Assembly: GCF_000025505.1 (NCBI RefSeq)
Contig: NC_013849.1
Span: forward strand, 660,001 to 692,000
Length of the DNA stretch: 32,000 nt
DNA from: Ferroglobus placidus DSM 10642
GTDB taxonomy: Archaea; Halobacteriota; Archaeoglobi; Archaeoglobales; Archaeoglobaceae
Direction of reading: 5' to 3'
A program made the translations under genes and the position numbers. This document shows, piece after piece, positions 24,279-31,703 of the stretch. Position 1 is the first letter of the stretch. Each line of letters opens with the position of its first letter. The notes under the pieces were generated by a model, which saw only the letters and a list, made by a program, of their open reading frames with translations, searched no databases and had not been told where the DNA came from.

Positions 24279-24495
24279 AGCTCTTGTAGCATTCTTCAAC
24301 GACGAAGATGAGCAGAAACTGTTGAGATACTCGAACCTAAGAATCGTCCCGATCGGAGAGGAAATAGCTTTGAAGGCTGGAGAATTTAAGAAAGGATGAA
24401 TACCAATAGTCGACGCTTTAATTGGAGCCACCGCGTGGTTTTTAAAAGCTGAAATTGTGACGGATGACGAACACTTCGAAATAATGGGAATTTAA
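24253..24495 (+). pseudogene. PIN-domain (VapC-like) toxin pseudogene with an in-frame TGA and a probable internal deletion
   Basis: Translation gives MKNLVFDTKALVAFFNDEDEQKLLRYSNLRIVPIGEEIALKAGEFKKG*IPIVDALIGATAWFLKAEIVTDDEHFEIMGI*, with the TGA at 24397-24399. The PIN N-terminal (FDT) and C-terminal (DALIGATA, IVTDD) acidic motifs are present. The total is only about 80 codons, against at least 115 for intact PINs. Confidence 0.6.
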
Positions 24496-24590
24496 CTGAT
24501 CAGATTCCGCTGAATTTTACAGACAAGTTGCGAGGAGGTTTTGCTCAATTTAAGCTTACAAATAGTTCCGTTCCAAAACCTTTTTAAACC

Positions 24591-24607
24591 TTGACACTTT
24601 GTGTCAA
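24591..24607. promoter_or_regulatory. Perfect palindrome TTGACAC-TTT-GTGTCAA (operator-like) between a TATA-like element and the symporter operon
   Basis: The site has 7-bp arms and a 3-bp spacer. It lies immediately downstream of CTTTTTAAAC (24580-24589) and 7 nt upstream of the micro-ORF ATG. Confidence 0.45.
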
Positions 24608-24613
24608 TGTAGC

Positions 24614-24697
24614 ATGAATGACGTTGGATGGGTTGTAGCGATAGGCGTTGGCTTGCAGGTGGCGATACTCGCTCTTTGGGGATTAAAGTGGAGGTGA
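24614..24697 (+). CDS. 27-codon hydrophobic micro-ORF (putative single-TM peptide) preceding the symporter
   Basis: Translation is MNDVGWVVAIGVGLQVAILALWGLKWR*. It is too short for the ORF track. Its 3' end (GGAGGTGAGG) supplies the SD for the TTG start of the next gene, 6 nt later. Confidence 0.45.
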   Translation: MNDVGWVVAIGVGLQVAILALWGLKWR

Positions 24698-24703
24698 GGT
24701 CGC

Positions 24704-26287
24704 TTGAACCCGGCAGCTTTCACGATCTTCGCTTCCTACTTAATCGTTATAGCGGTAATAGCTTACTTCGGTGCGAAAAAAGTTAAAACGGTGGAAGACT
24801 TCGTTGCTGCAAGCGGTCAGCTTGGCTTCTGGACGTACGTTTTGTTAATGGTGGGAAGCGTTTTCAGCGGAATGTCTCTGATAGGAGTTGCTGGCTTAGC
24901 ATTCACCACTGGCTGGGCTAACGTCTGGGAGAGAATTTTCGGTCCGGCTTTCGCTATAGCTTTTGGAACGATAATTATAGGCTACAAGATGTTTCCGTTA
25001 AAGGAAAAGCACAAGCTCGTGACCATCCAAGACTACCTGGCTTTCAGGTACGGAGATGCCAAGGCGATAAGAATTATCGCCGCAATCGTTTCGGCAATCA
25101 CGAGCTACATCTACCTCATAGGACAGTACACAGCTATAGGAATTGCGAGCGAAGTCATACTCGGAATACCCTACTGGCTTGGAGTGATTATGGCAGCTCT
25201 AATAGTCGTGGCGTACGTTTCCTCTGGAGGAATGTTCTCAACAGCCTGGACGACCTTCGCTCAGTCTCTATTAATGATACTCGGCGTTTTTCTAACAGTC
25301 CCTCTGATAATATCTCACGCGGGCGGAATTGAACACGTAAATTCTGTTCTCGCTTCAATGCCGGAGCTTCAGAAAGCAAAAGGATTGGACGAGAATTTCA
25401 TGTTCGCAAAGTACTTGAATGACCCGTTTGCCCCAGCCAACGTTCCTTTAGCCGGATGGGTTTACAATTTAACTCTCTTCGGCATAGCAGTTCCTCTCGG
25501 CTTAATGGTAGCTCCTCACGTAGTCAACAACATGCTCACCTTCAAAAAGAAAGAGTACACGAGGTGGGGTCCGCTTGTAATGTACCTCCTCGGTTTTTCC
25601 GTGATATTTTTAGTTTCTCTCGCCGGAATCGCAGCGAGAGCTGCATGGGCTGAAGGGAGAATAGAGATTCCAGAGATAAAGTTTGGAGAGGTTGGCGTTA
25701 AGTGGTCAGACATGGCTTACCCAACTGTTGCTTCAGCCTTTCTTCCCGAGTGGCTTTTCCTTCTCCTCCTCCCGACCATTTTAGCCGGAGTTATGTCCAC
25801 AACGGACAGGCTGATAGTGACGACTGCCAGCAACATAACCTACGACATTCTGGCTAAAGCTTTTGGATTGAACGTGAACGGTAGAAAGTTCAAAGTTATT
25901 AACGCAATCGTTGTTTTCGCAGTGGGAATATCTTCGATCTACTTCGCTTTGCATCCCCAGCAGCTCTTAGCTTGGCTGATATGGGCTTCTCTCTCCTTAA
26001 TGGTAAACTGCTTCTTCTTTCCGATAATTCTCGGACTCTACTGGAGCGGGGTGACGAAAAACGGTGCGAGAGCGAGCATGATTTCGGGGTTACTGATAAC
26101 GCTTCTAACCTTCGCGATACATGGAAAGACGCTATGGATTTTTGGAATCCCAGTTTACTCAGTCCTCCCCGGATTCATCGCAAGCTTCCTTTCAGGAGTT
26201 TTGGTGAGTGTTATCGAAAAGAGAGTTGTTGCCCGCCCTGTGGAATCCCCTTCACTAATCAGGGGACGCATGGCAGGCGGGCAATAG
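24704..26287 (+). CDS. Sodium:solute symporter family (SSS) transporter
   Basis: The 527-aa ORF has about 13 TM helices. The N-terminal region (VEDFVAASGQLGFW...SGMSLIGVAGLAF) is typical of SSS (PutP/PanF/ActP-type) carriers. It uses a TTG start. Confidence 0.85.
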   Translation: MNPAAFTIFASYLIVIAVIAYFGAKKVKTVEDFVAASGQLGFWTYVLLMVGSVFSGMSLIGVAGLAFTTGWANVWERIFGPAFAIAFGTIIIGYKMFPLKEKHKLVTIQDYLAFRYGDAKAIRIIAAIVSAITSYIYLIGQYTAIGIASEVILGIPYWLGVIMAALIVVAYVSSGGMFSTAWTTFAQSLLMILGVFLTVPLIISHAGGIEHVNSVLASMPELQKAKGLDENFMFAKYLNDPFAPANVPLAGWVYNLTLFGIAVPLGLMVAPHVVNNMLTFKKKEYTRWGPLVMYLLGFSVIFLVSLAGIAARAAWAEGRIEIPEIKFGEVGVKWSDMAYPTVASAFLPEWLFLLLLPTILAGVMSTTDRLIVTTASNITYDILAKAFGLNVNGRKFKVINAIVVFAVGISSIYFALHPQQLLAWLIWASLSLMVNCFFFPIILGLYWSGVTKNGARASMISGLLITLLTFAIHGKTLWIFGIPVYSVLPGFIASFLSGVLVSVIEKRVVARPVESPSLIRGRMAGGQ

Positions 26288-26336
26288 AATTTGATTTTTT
26301 AAAGCTTAAAAAGTTTGTGTCAAAAGTTAAAAAGAG
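26288..26336. terminator. Bidirectional T-rich terminator region between convergent genes
   Basis: The plus strand has TTGATTTTTTAAAG, 8 nt after the symporter stop. The minus strand has CTTTTTAAC and CTTTTTAAG just after the 26337 stop. Confidence 0.45.
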
Positions 26337-26948
26337 CTAACCTTCTTCCGCAGCCACCTTTATTTTGTGGAGAAGCTCGGCAGGAGATTTTACTGGATAC
26401 TCGATCTTGTCGAGCAACTCCTCGATTTTCTTACCCTTAACGACTATTCCTTCCAGCTTCTCCTTGAGTTCATCTTTGTTAAGCGGGAAGTGAGTTCCTC
26501 TAATCCTCGCTAAAACGTGAACCGCCCAGTCTATTCCCAAAGCTTCTATTTCGTCGTGGTACATCTCAACTTCCTGCTCATCAAGCCTCTTCTCTTCTTT
26601 CAGTTTTTTGTAAGCAAGCTTGGCTATTCCTCCAGCTATGTGCTCTTTCGGTCTTTCTTCAAGCTCTCCCTCCAGGTACTTCTTAACAGCCTCCTCATCA
26701 GCAGTAGCTATGTTCTTCACGGTCTGCTCCGTTATTCCTAAATACTCGGCAATCTCTCTGTACGTTTTAAAAGCTTCATTCTTCAAAACGAGAACGTAGG
26801 CTGCTTCTGCGAGACTCGGAAGCCACGTAAGATTTCTGTACTCGACGAGCCTCTTCAAACCTCCCAACATCTTTATAGCTTCCCAAAAAACCTTTTCAGC
26901 CATCTTATCTACGTTCATTCCACCTTTCGGCTTGGCAATTACCTCCAT
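26337..26948 (-). CDS. Helix-turn-helix protein of unknown family (putative regulator), downstream partner of the KaiC-like ATPase
   Basis: The 203-aa ORF has an HTH-like segment (TYREIAEYLGITEQTVKNI) followed by a charged helical C-terminal half. A strong SD (AGGAGGTGATAGG) precedes the ATG, 12 nt after the upstream stop. Confidence 0.6.
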   Translation of the reverse strand: MEVIAKPKGGMNVDKMAEKVFWEAIKMLGGLKRLVEYRNLTWLPSLAEAAYVLVLKNEAFKTYREIAEYLGITEQTVKNIATADEEAVKKYLEGELEERPKEHIAGGIAKLAYKKLKEEKRLDEQEVEMYHDEIEALGIDWAVHVLARIRGTHFPLNKDELKEKLEGIVVKGKKIEELLDKIEYPVKSPAELLHKIKVAAEEG

Positions 26949-26960
26949 CCTATCACCTCC

Positions 26961-27821
26961 TTACTCCTCCACAAGCCTACCTCTCTTCTTTATGTACTCG
27001 CTCAGAGGGGCGATGATCTCTATTAATCCGCTCTCTGTTATCTCAAAAACCCAAGTTCTCGAGTCGTGTCCGGTCAGTCTGCATCCGTCAATCCTTATCG
27101 TTCTTAAAACGCTTCCTATAGGCAGACCATAGAGATTCACGTCCCACCTCGTTTCTATTATTTTTTTGTCCATAACTATCGTTCCGTCAACTATGTGGGC
27201 AACCGCTAAACCTCCGGCAGCTTCAGCGCTCTCGCTTGCCTGAGAACTCCTCTTCTGAGATATTAGTATGGCTGTTTGCCTCCACTTCTTCAGGAAGTTG
27301 AAAATTTGTCTGACTATCTGCCTCGCGAGAACTTCCTTATGCTCGTAAAGTCCCGTAACGCTGTCGATAACGACGTTCGTACACTTCTTCTCCCTTATCG
27401 CATAAGCCATGGTATCTATCAAAGCTCTCGTATTCTCTCTCAGCTCGTCGCTCTCTGAAGCGTCGATAACGACGACGTTCTGCTCCACCTTGCTAAAATC
27501 GACACCCATTGCCTGTGCTTTTTGCTTTAAAGCTGTGTAAAGGAAGTTGGCGGGACTTTCCACTGTTACGAAGAGAACCTTGTAGCCATGTGCAGCCTGA
27601 GTTACCGTAAACTGCTCAGCAAAAACGCTCTTACCTGTGTCCGGAACTCCAGTAATGTTCATCACAGCCAGATACGGAATTCCGCCTAAGGGTTTTTTCA
27701 CGAACTTTCCGTCTTCCTCTTCCACTTTAAAGAACATTTCGTCAAGCTTTGTTCCCGTTGGAATTCCGAAAAGCTTAGGAGCTTTGCTTTCGAGCTCTTT
27801 AAGCTCATAATACTTCGTCAT
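26961..27821 (-). CDS. KaiC/RecA-superfamily ATPase (single-domain, ArlH/FlaH-like class)
   Basis: The 286-aa ORF has Walker A (GVPDTGKS), Walker B (NVVIDSV) and KaiC-type N-terminal IPTG..LDE...GGIP, with a roughly 16-aa insertion. Confidence 0.8.
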   Translation of the reverse strand: MTKYYELKELESKAPKLFGIPTGTKLDEMFFKVEEEDGKFVKKPLGGIPYLAVMNITGVPDTGKSVFAEQFTVTQAAHGYKVLFVTVESPANFLYTALKQKAQAMGVDFSKVEQNVVVIDASESDELRENTRALIDTMAYAIREKKCTNVVIDSVTGLYEHKEVLARQIVRQIFNFLKKWRQTAILISQKRSSQASESAEAAGGLAVAHIVDGTIVMDKKIIETRWDVNLYGLPIGSVLRTIRIDGCRLTGHDSRTWVFEITESGLIEIIAPLSEYIKKRGRLVEE

Positions 27822-27845
27822 ATCGATATAATACTAACGCAGAAA

Positions 27846-27854
27846 GTATAAAAG
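27846..27854 (-). promoter_or_regulatory. Candidate TATA box for the KaiC-like gene (implies a leaderless or near-leaderless mRNA)
   Basis: The minus strand reads CTTTTATAC, 25-33 nt upstream of the ATG at 27821. No SD precedes that ATG. Confidence 0.3.
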
Positions 27855-27944
27855 CCTTATGTTATTTTTAGCACTAAGTTTCTCTTTCGAAATTCTAAAA
27901 GTTATCGCAACAGTTTTAACGTTTGAAATTTGAATAGATTTGAA

Positions 27945-29522
27945 ATGCCAAATCTCGGAGAGTTGGTAAGTAAGGGGGAGAGAGAAAACGTCGAGTTTAA
28001 GGAGTACCTTACGGATTATCATTTAAAAGATAGCAGAAGGCAGTCTTTAGCCTGTCAGATGAACCACCGAATTTTGATGGGGAAGGGTGTAGCCTACTAC
28101 ATTATAGGAATTTCCGACAGTGGAGAGTTTAAAGGAATAAGAAAGGAGGAGCTCGATAAGACGATAAAAGTTCTCGAGGTCATAGCCAAAGACATCGATG
28201 CGAAGATTACCGAAAAGGAGATTTACGAGGTGAACGGCGGATACGTTGCGGTAGTTGAAATCAGAAAGGACAAACCTAAAGAGCACATAACGGTCGGCAC
28301 AGCGGGACACGTTGATCACGGCAAATCCACCCTCGTCGGCTGCTTAATCACAGGAAAATGCGACGACGGAGATGGATTAACGAGAGTGTACCTCGACACT
28401 TTGAAGCACGAAATAGAAAGAGGGTTAAGCGCAGACCTAAGCTTCGCCGTTCTGGGATTCAAAAACGGAAAAGCGATAAGGATGAAGAATCCGCTGAGCA
28501 AAACTGAAAAAGCTTGGGTTGTTGAGAATTCCGAAAAGATAGTATCCTTCGTCGACACTGTCGGGCACGAGCCTTGGCTGAGAACAGCCATAAGAGGTTT
28601 GATCGGGCAAAGGATAGATTACGGGCTGCTAACAATAGCTGCTGACGACGGCATAATGAGGATAACGAAAGAACACCTCGGAATTTTGCTTGCGATGGAG
28701 CTTCCGGTGATAATTGCGATAACCAAAGCAGATAAGGTGAGCGAAGAGAGAATAAAAAACCTGATTTCCGAAATTTCGAAGTTGCTAAGGGGATTGGGGA
28801 GAATTCCGTATCTTTTAAAGAGCAAAAGCGATGCTGAAAAAGTTTCGAGGCTCATTGCTAAGAACAGCTTCGTCGTGCCGATCGTCGTTACCTCGGCTAT
28901 AACTCTCGCCGGATACGAAATACTTGAAGAGCTTCTTTACAGACTTCCAAAGCTCAGATACGAGGAGAGCGACTTTTTAATGTACATAGACAGAATTTAC
29001 AAAGTTACCGGCGTTGGAACGGTTGTGAGCGGGACGATAAAATCAGGAGAGATTAGCGAAGGTGATGAAGTTTTTGTCGGACCTTTCTCAGACGGAAGCT
29101 TCGTGAAAACAAAGATTTCGAGTATAGAGATGCACCACTACAGAGTTGAAAGAGCTAAGAGCGGGGACATAGTTGGTTTGGCTTTGAAAAACGTCTCAGT
29201 CGAAGATCTCAGGAGGGGTATGGTTGTAACGAAAACCGAGCCTTACGCTGTGAGAGAATTTGAAGCTGAAGTTTACGTTTTCACGCATCCGACGAAAATT
29301 TCAGCTGGCTACGAGCCCGTTTTGCACTGCGAAACCATAAGCGAGACGGTGATATTTAAGGAGATGGATAAAGAATACCTCAAAGCCGGGGATAGGGGAA
29401 AAGTGAGGATTAGATTCAAGTACAATCCTCAGTACATTATGCCGGGACAGAGGTTCATTTTTAGGGAAGGTAGGAGCAAGGGAATGGGGGAAGTGGTGAG
29501 AATTTATGAAACTGAATCTTAA
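27945..29522 (+). CDS. GTPBP1-family translation-factor-type GTPase (COG5258-like)
   Basis: Motifs are G1 GHVDHGKST, G3 DTVGHEPWLRT and G4 TKADK, followed by EF-Tu domain 2/3-like beta barrels. The N-terminal ~110 aa (GERENVEFKEY...YYIIGISDSGEFKGI) matches the family-typical N-domain. The ATG is at 27945; the ORF track uses TTG at 27930. Confidence 0.85.
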   Translation: MPNLGELVSKGERENVEFKEYLTDYHLKDSRRQSLACQMNHRILMGKGVAYYIIGISDSGEFKGIRKEELDKTIKVLEVIAKDIDAKITEKEIYEVNGGYVAVVEIRKDKPKEHITVGTAGHVDHGKSTLVGCLITGKCDDGDGLTRVYLDTLKHEIERGLSADLSFAVLGFKNGKAIRMKNPLSKTEKAWVVENSEKIVSFVDTVGHEPWLRTAIRGLIGQRIDYGLLTIAADDGIMRITKEHLGILLAMELPVIIAITKADKVSEERIKNLISEISKLLRGLGRIPYLLKSKSDAEKVSRLIAKNSFVVPIVVTSAITLAGYEILEELLYRLPKLRYEESDFLMYIDRIYKVTGVGTVVSGTIKSGEISEGDEVFVGPFSDGSFVKTKISSIEMHHYRVERAKSGDIVGLALKNVSVEDLRRGMVVTKTEPYAVREFEAEVYVFTHPTKISAGYEPVLHCETISETVIFKEMDKEYLKAGDRGKVRIRFKYNPQYIMPGQRFIFREGRSKGMGEVVRIYETES

Positions 29523-31056
29523 AGTTAAGCTGAAAAGAGAAGAGAGCGAAAGAGAAAGAATGAAAAATTTCAAGGAATTTACGGAAGTCATAAAAGAGAA
29601 GGCTGAGATTCCAGAGGGTTACGAAATTGTAGAAGATTACGAAGTTCTCGGAGACTTCGAGTTTTCGGTAGTTTTCATTTTAAAGAGAGATCACGACTAT
29701 TTTTACCACGCTGTCGAGCCGATTCTCGAGGAAGATTACGAGAAGTACAGAGAGGAGATAATTAAGAGGGTCGAGTACGCACTTCCTTACTATGCGGATT
29801 TTAAGGATAAGGCAAAAACGATACTTTCGAGCTACGACAGGCTTCTCGAAGCTTTAAACCTCGATCCAGACGACTACCACTACTACGCTCTCCTCTACTA
29901 TTTGCTAAGAGACACGATCCTCTTCGGACCAATCACTCCTCTTATGAAGGATCGTCTGCTTGAGGATATAAGCTGTAACGGGTACGGCAAGCCTATTTAC
30001 GTTTATCACCGCAACTATCAGAACTTGCGGACGAACGTTGTTTTTTCCGAGGACGAGCTCGACAGCTTCATAATCAAGCTTGCCCAGCAGTGCGGGAAGC
30101 ACATAAGCATAGCTGAGCCTATGCTCGACGCTACTCTTCCGGACGGAAGCAGAATTCAGATGACTCTGGGGAGAGAAGTAACTGACCACGGCTCGACCTT
30201 CACGATAAGAAAATTCAGAGACGTTCCTCTTACTCCTATAGACCTAATAGCTTGGAAAACGTTCAGCTTGGAGGAAATGGCTTACCTCTGGCTGTGCATA
30301 GAAAACAAAAAGAACTTGATATTCGCAGGAGGAACTGCAAGCGGTAAAACGACGAGCATGAACGCAATAAGCCTATTCATTCCGAAGAACGCTAAAATCG
30401 TGAGCATAGAAGATACGAGAGAAGTAATGCTCCCCCACGAAAACTGGATTCCGGCTGTGACGAGAGAAGGTGTCGGAGGGAAAGAGATTGACATGTACGA
30501 GCTGCTCAGAGCAGCTCTGAGACAGAGACCGGAGTACATAATAGTCGGAGAAGTCAGAGGTAAGGAAGCTCTAACTCTGTTCCAGGCTATGTCAACCGGA
30601 CACACAACTTACTCGACTTTGCATGCGGACAGCGTGAACGGAGTAATTCATCGATTGGAGAACCCGCCGATAAACGTGCCGAGGAGCATGATAGAGGCTC
30701 TCGACATAATAAGCATACAAGCTCAAGTTTACCTCGGAAATAAAAGAGTGAGAAGAAATTTGGAAATAGCAGAAATAGTGGGAATGGACCCCCACACAAA
30801 GATAATAAAGACTACAACAGTCTTCGCTTGGGACAGCGAAAAAGACGAACACTTAATGATAGGCTCCTCAAAAGTTCTCGAAGAAATAAGAAAAATGAGA
30901 GCTTGGAGCAGAAAAGAACTGGAAGAAGAACTCGAAACAAGAAAAAAAGTCCTGAAGTGGATGCTCGATAACAATATCAGAGACTACAAAGAAGTAGCTA
31001 AAATAATTCACTCGTATCAGAGCGATAAGGATAGACTGCTCGAAATGATCTCATGA
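29506..31056 (+). CDS. Type II/IV secretion-system ATPase (FlaI/ArlI, GspE, VirB11 superfamily)
   Basis: Motifs are Walker A GGTASGKTT, Asp box, Walker B PEYIIVGEVRG and His box GHTTYSTLHA. The start at 29506 overlaps the GTPase by 17 nt and has GGTGAG upstream. An alternative start is MKNFKEF at 29560. Confidence 0.9.
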   Translation: MKLNLKVKLKREESERERMKNFKEFTEVIKEKAEIPEGYEIVEDYEVLGDFEFSVVFILKRDHDYFYHAVEPILEEDYEKYREEIIKRVEYALPYYADFKDKAKTILSSYDRLLEALNLDPDDYHYYALLYYLLRDTILFGPITPLMKDRLLEDISCNGYGKPIYVYHRNYQNLRTNVVFSEDELDSFIIKLAQQCGKHISIAEPMLDATLPDGSRIQMTLGREVTDHGSTFTIRKFRDVPLTPIDLIAWKTFSLEEMAYLWLCIENKKNLIFAGGTASGKTTSMNAISLFIPKNAKIVSIEDTREVMLPHENWIPAVTREGVGGKEIDMYELLRAALRQRPEYIIVGEVRGKEALTLFQAMSTGHTTYSTLHADSVNGVIHRLENPPINVPRSMIEALDIISIQAQVYLGNKRVRRNLEIAEIVGMDPHTKIIKTTTVFAWDSEKDEHLMIGSSKVLEEIRKMRAWSRKELEEELETRKKVLKWMLDNNIRDYKEVAKIIHSYQSDKDRLLEMIS

Positions 31057-31679
31057 AAAGGATTAAAGAGACCCTCGAAAAATACCCCGAAATATCGGAA
31101 TTCAGCAGGAAATGCTTGGAAAGCAAGAGATACGACTCGAACGTCGTTTTAATGGTAGTAGACGCGGCTTTAACCTCCTCGGGATTGAATTATTTCGGCG
31201 TGGTCGTTCCGAAGGTTCTGGCTTTCAGCGAGAGGTACAAAGTAAAGAGGCTTGATGAGTTTTTAAAGCTGAAGAAGAGCGACTTGCTTAACTTGTGGAG
31301 AAACGAGAGGTGCTGGAACGTAGCTTTTGGTGTAGCCGAGAAGCTCCTCGAATTTGGGAGAGACGTTAAAGCTCTCAGAAAATGGGCTGAAAGCACGGCT
31401 CTCGAAAACTGGAAGAGTTACATGCCGGTAAAAGGCGTGGGAATAAACACCTACCAGTACCTCAGGATGATGGGCGGAGTAGACACAGTCATGCCGGACA
31501 GAATCGTGAAGAGAGAGGTGAGAATAGAATCGAAAGACGACATAGATTTCATAGTTAAAGCGGAAAAGCTTGCAAAAGAAAAAGGAATTCTCGCAGTAGA
31601 GCTGTGCTTTGCTGCCTGGATCGCCCAGTACGATGAGGAAAGAGCCGAGAGGTATTTGAAGCTACTCAAAAATATTTAA
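31053..31679 (+). CDS. Uncharacterised soluble protein with a helix-hairpin-helix-like motif (possible HhH-GPD-like fold)
   Basis: The 208-aa ORF has an ATGA overlap with the ATPase stop. VKGVGINTYQYLRMMGGVDTVMPDRIVKR resembles the GVG hairpin plus downstream Asp of HhH-GPD proteins. I recognise no family with confidence. Confidence 0.6.
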   Translation: MKRIKETLEKYPEISEFSRKCLESKRYDSNVVLMVVDAALTSSGLNYFGVVVPKVLAFSERYKVKRLDEFLKLKKSDLLNLWRNERCWNVAFGVAEKLLEFGRDVKALRKWAESTALENWKSYMPVKGVGINTYQYLRMMGGVDTVMPDRIVKREVRIESKDDIDFIVKAEKLAKEKGILAVELCFAAWIAQYDEERAERYLKLLKNI

Positions 31680-31703
31680 ATATTACAGCTCGAATTTTTA
31701 GCG

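Noticed and set aside
24114-24431. 105-aa minus-strand ORF overlapping the reductase start
   Set aside because: It is antisense to the much better explained vapBC remnant. It would also have to overlap the reductase start region. It contains no motifs.
27945-28280. N-terminal AlbA_2/Schlafen-like domain of the GTPase as a novel fusion
   Set aside because: The ExEFK ... IGxxDxGxxxG pattern corresponds to the N-terminal domain that, as far as I recall, is standard for the GTPBP1 family. It is therefore not a new architecture.
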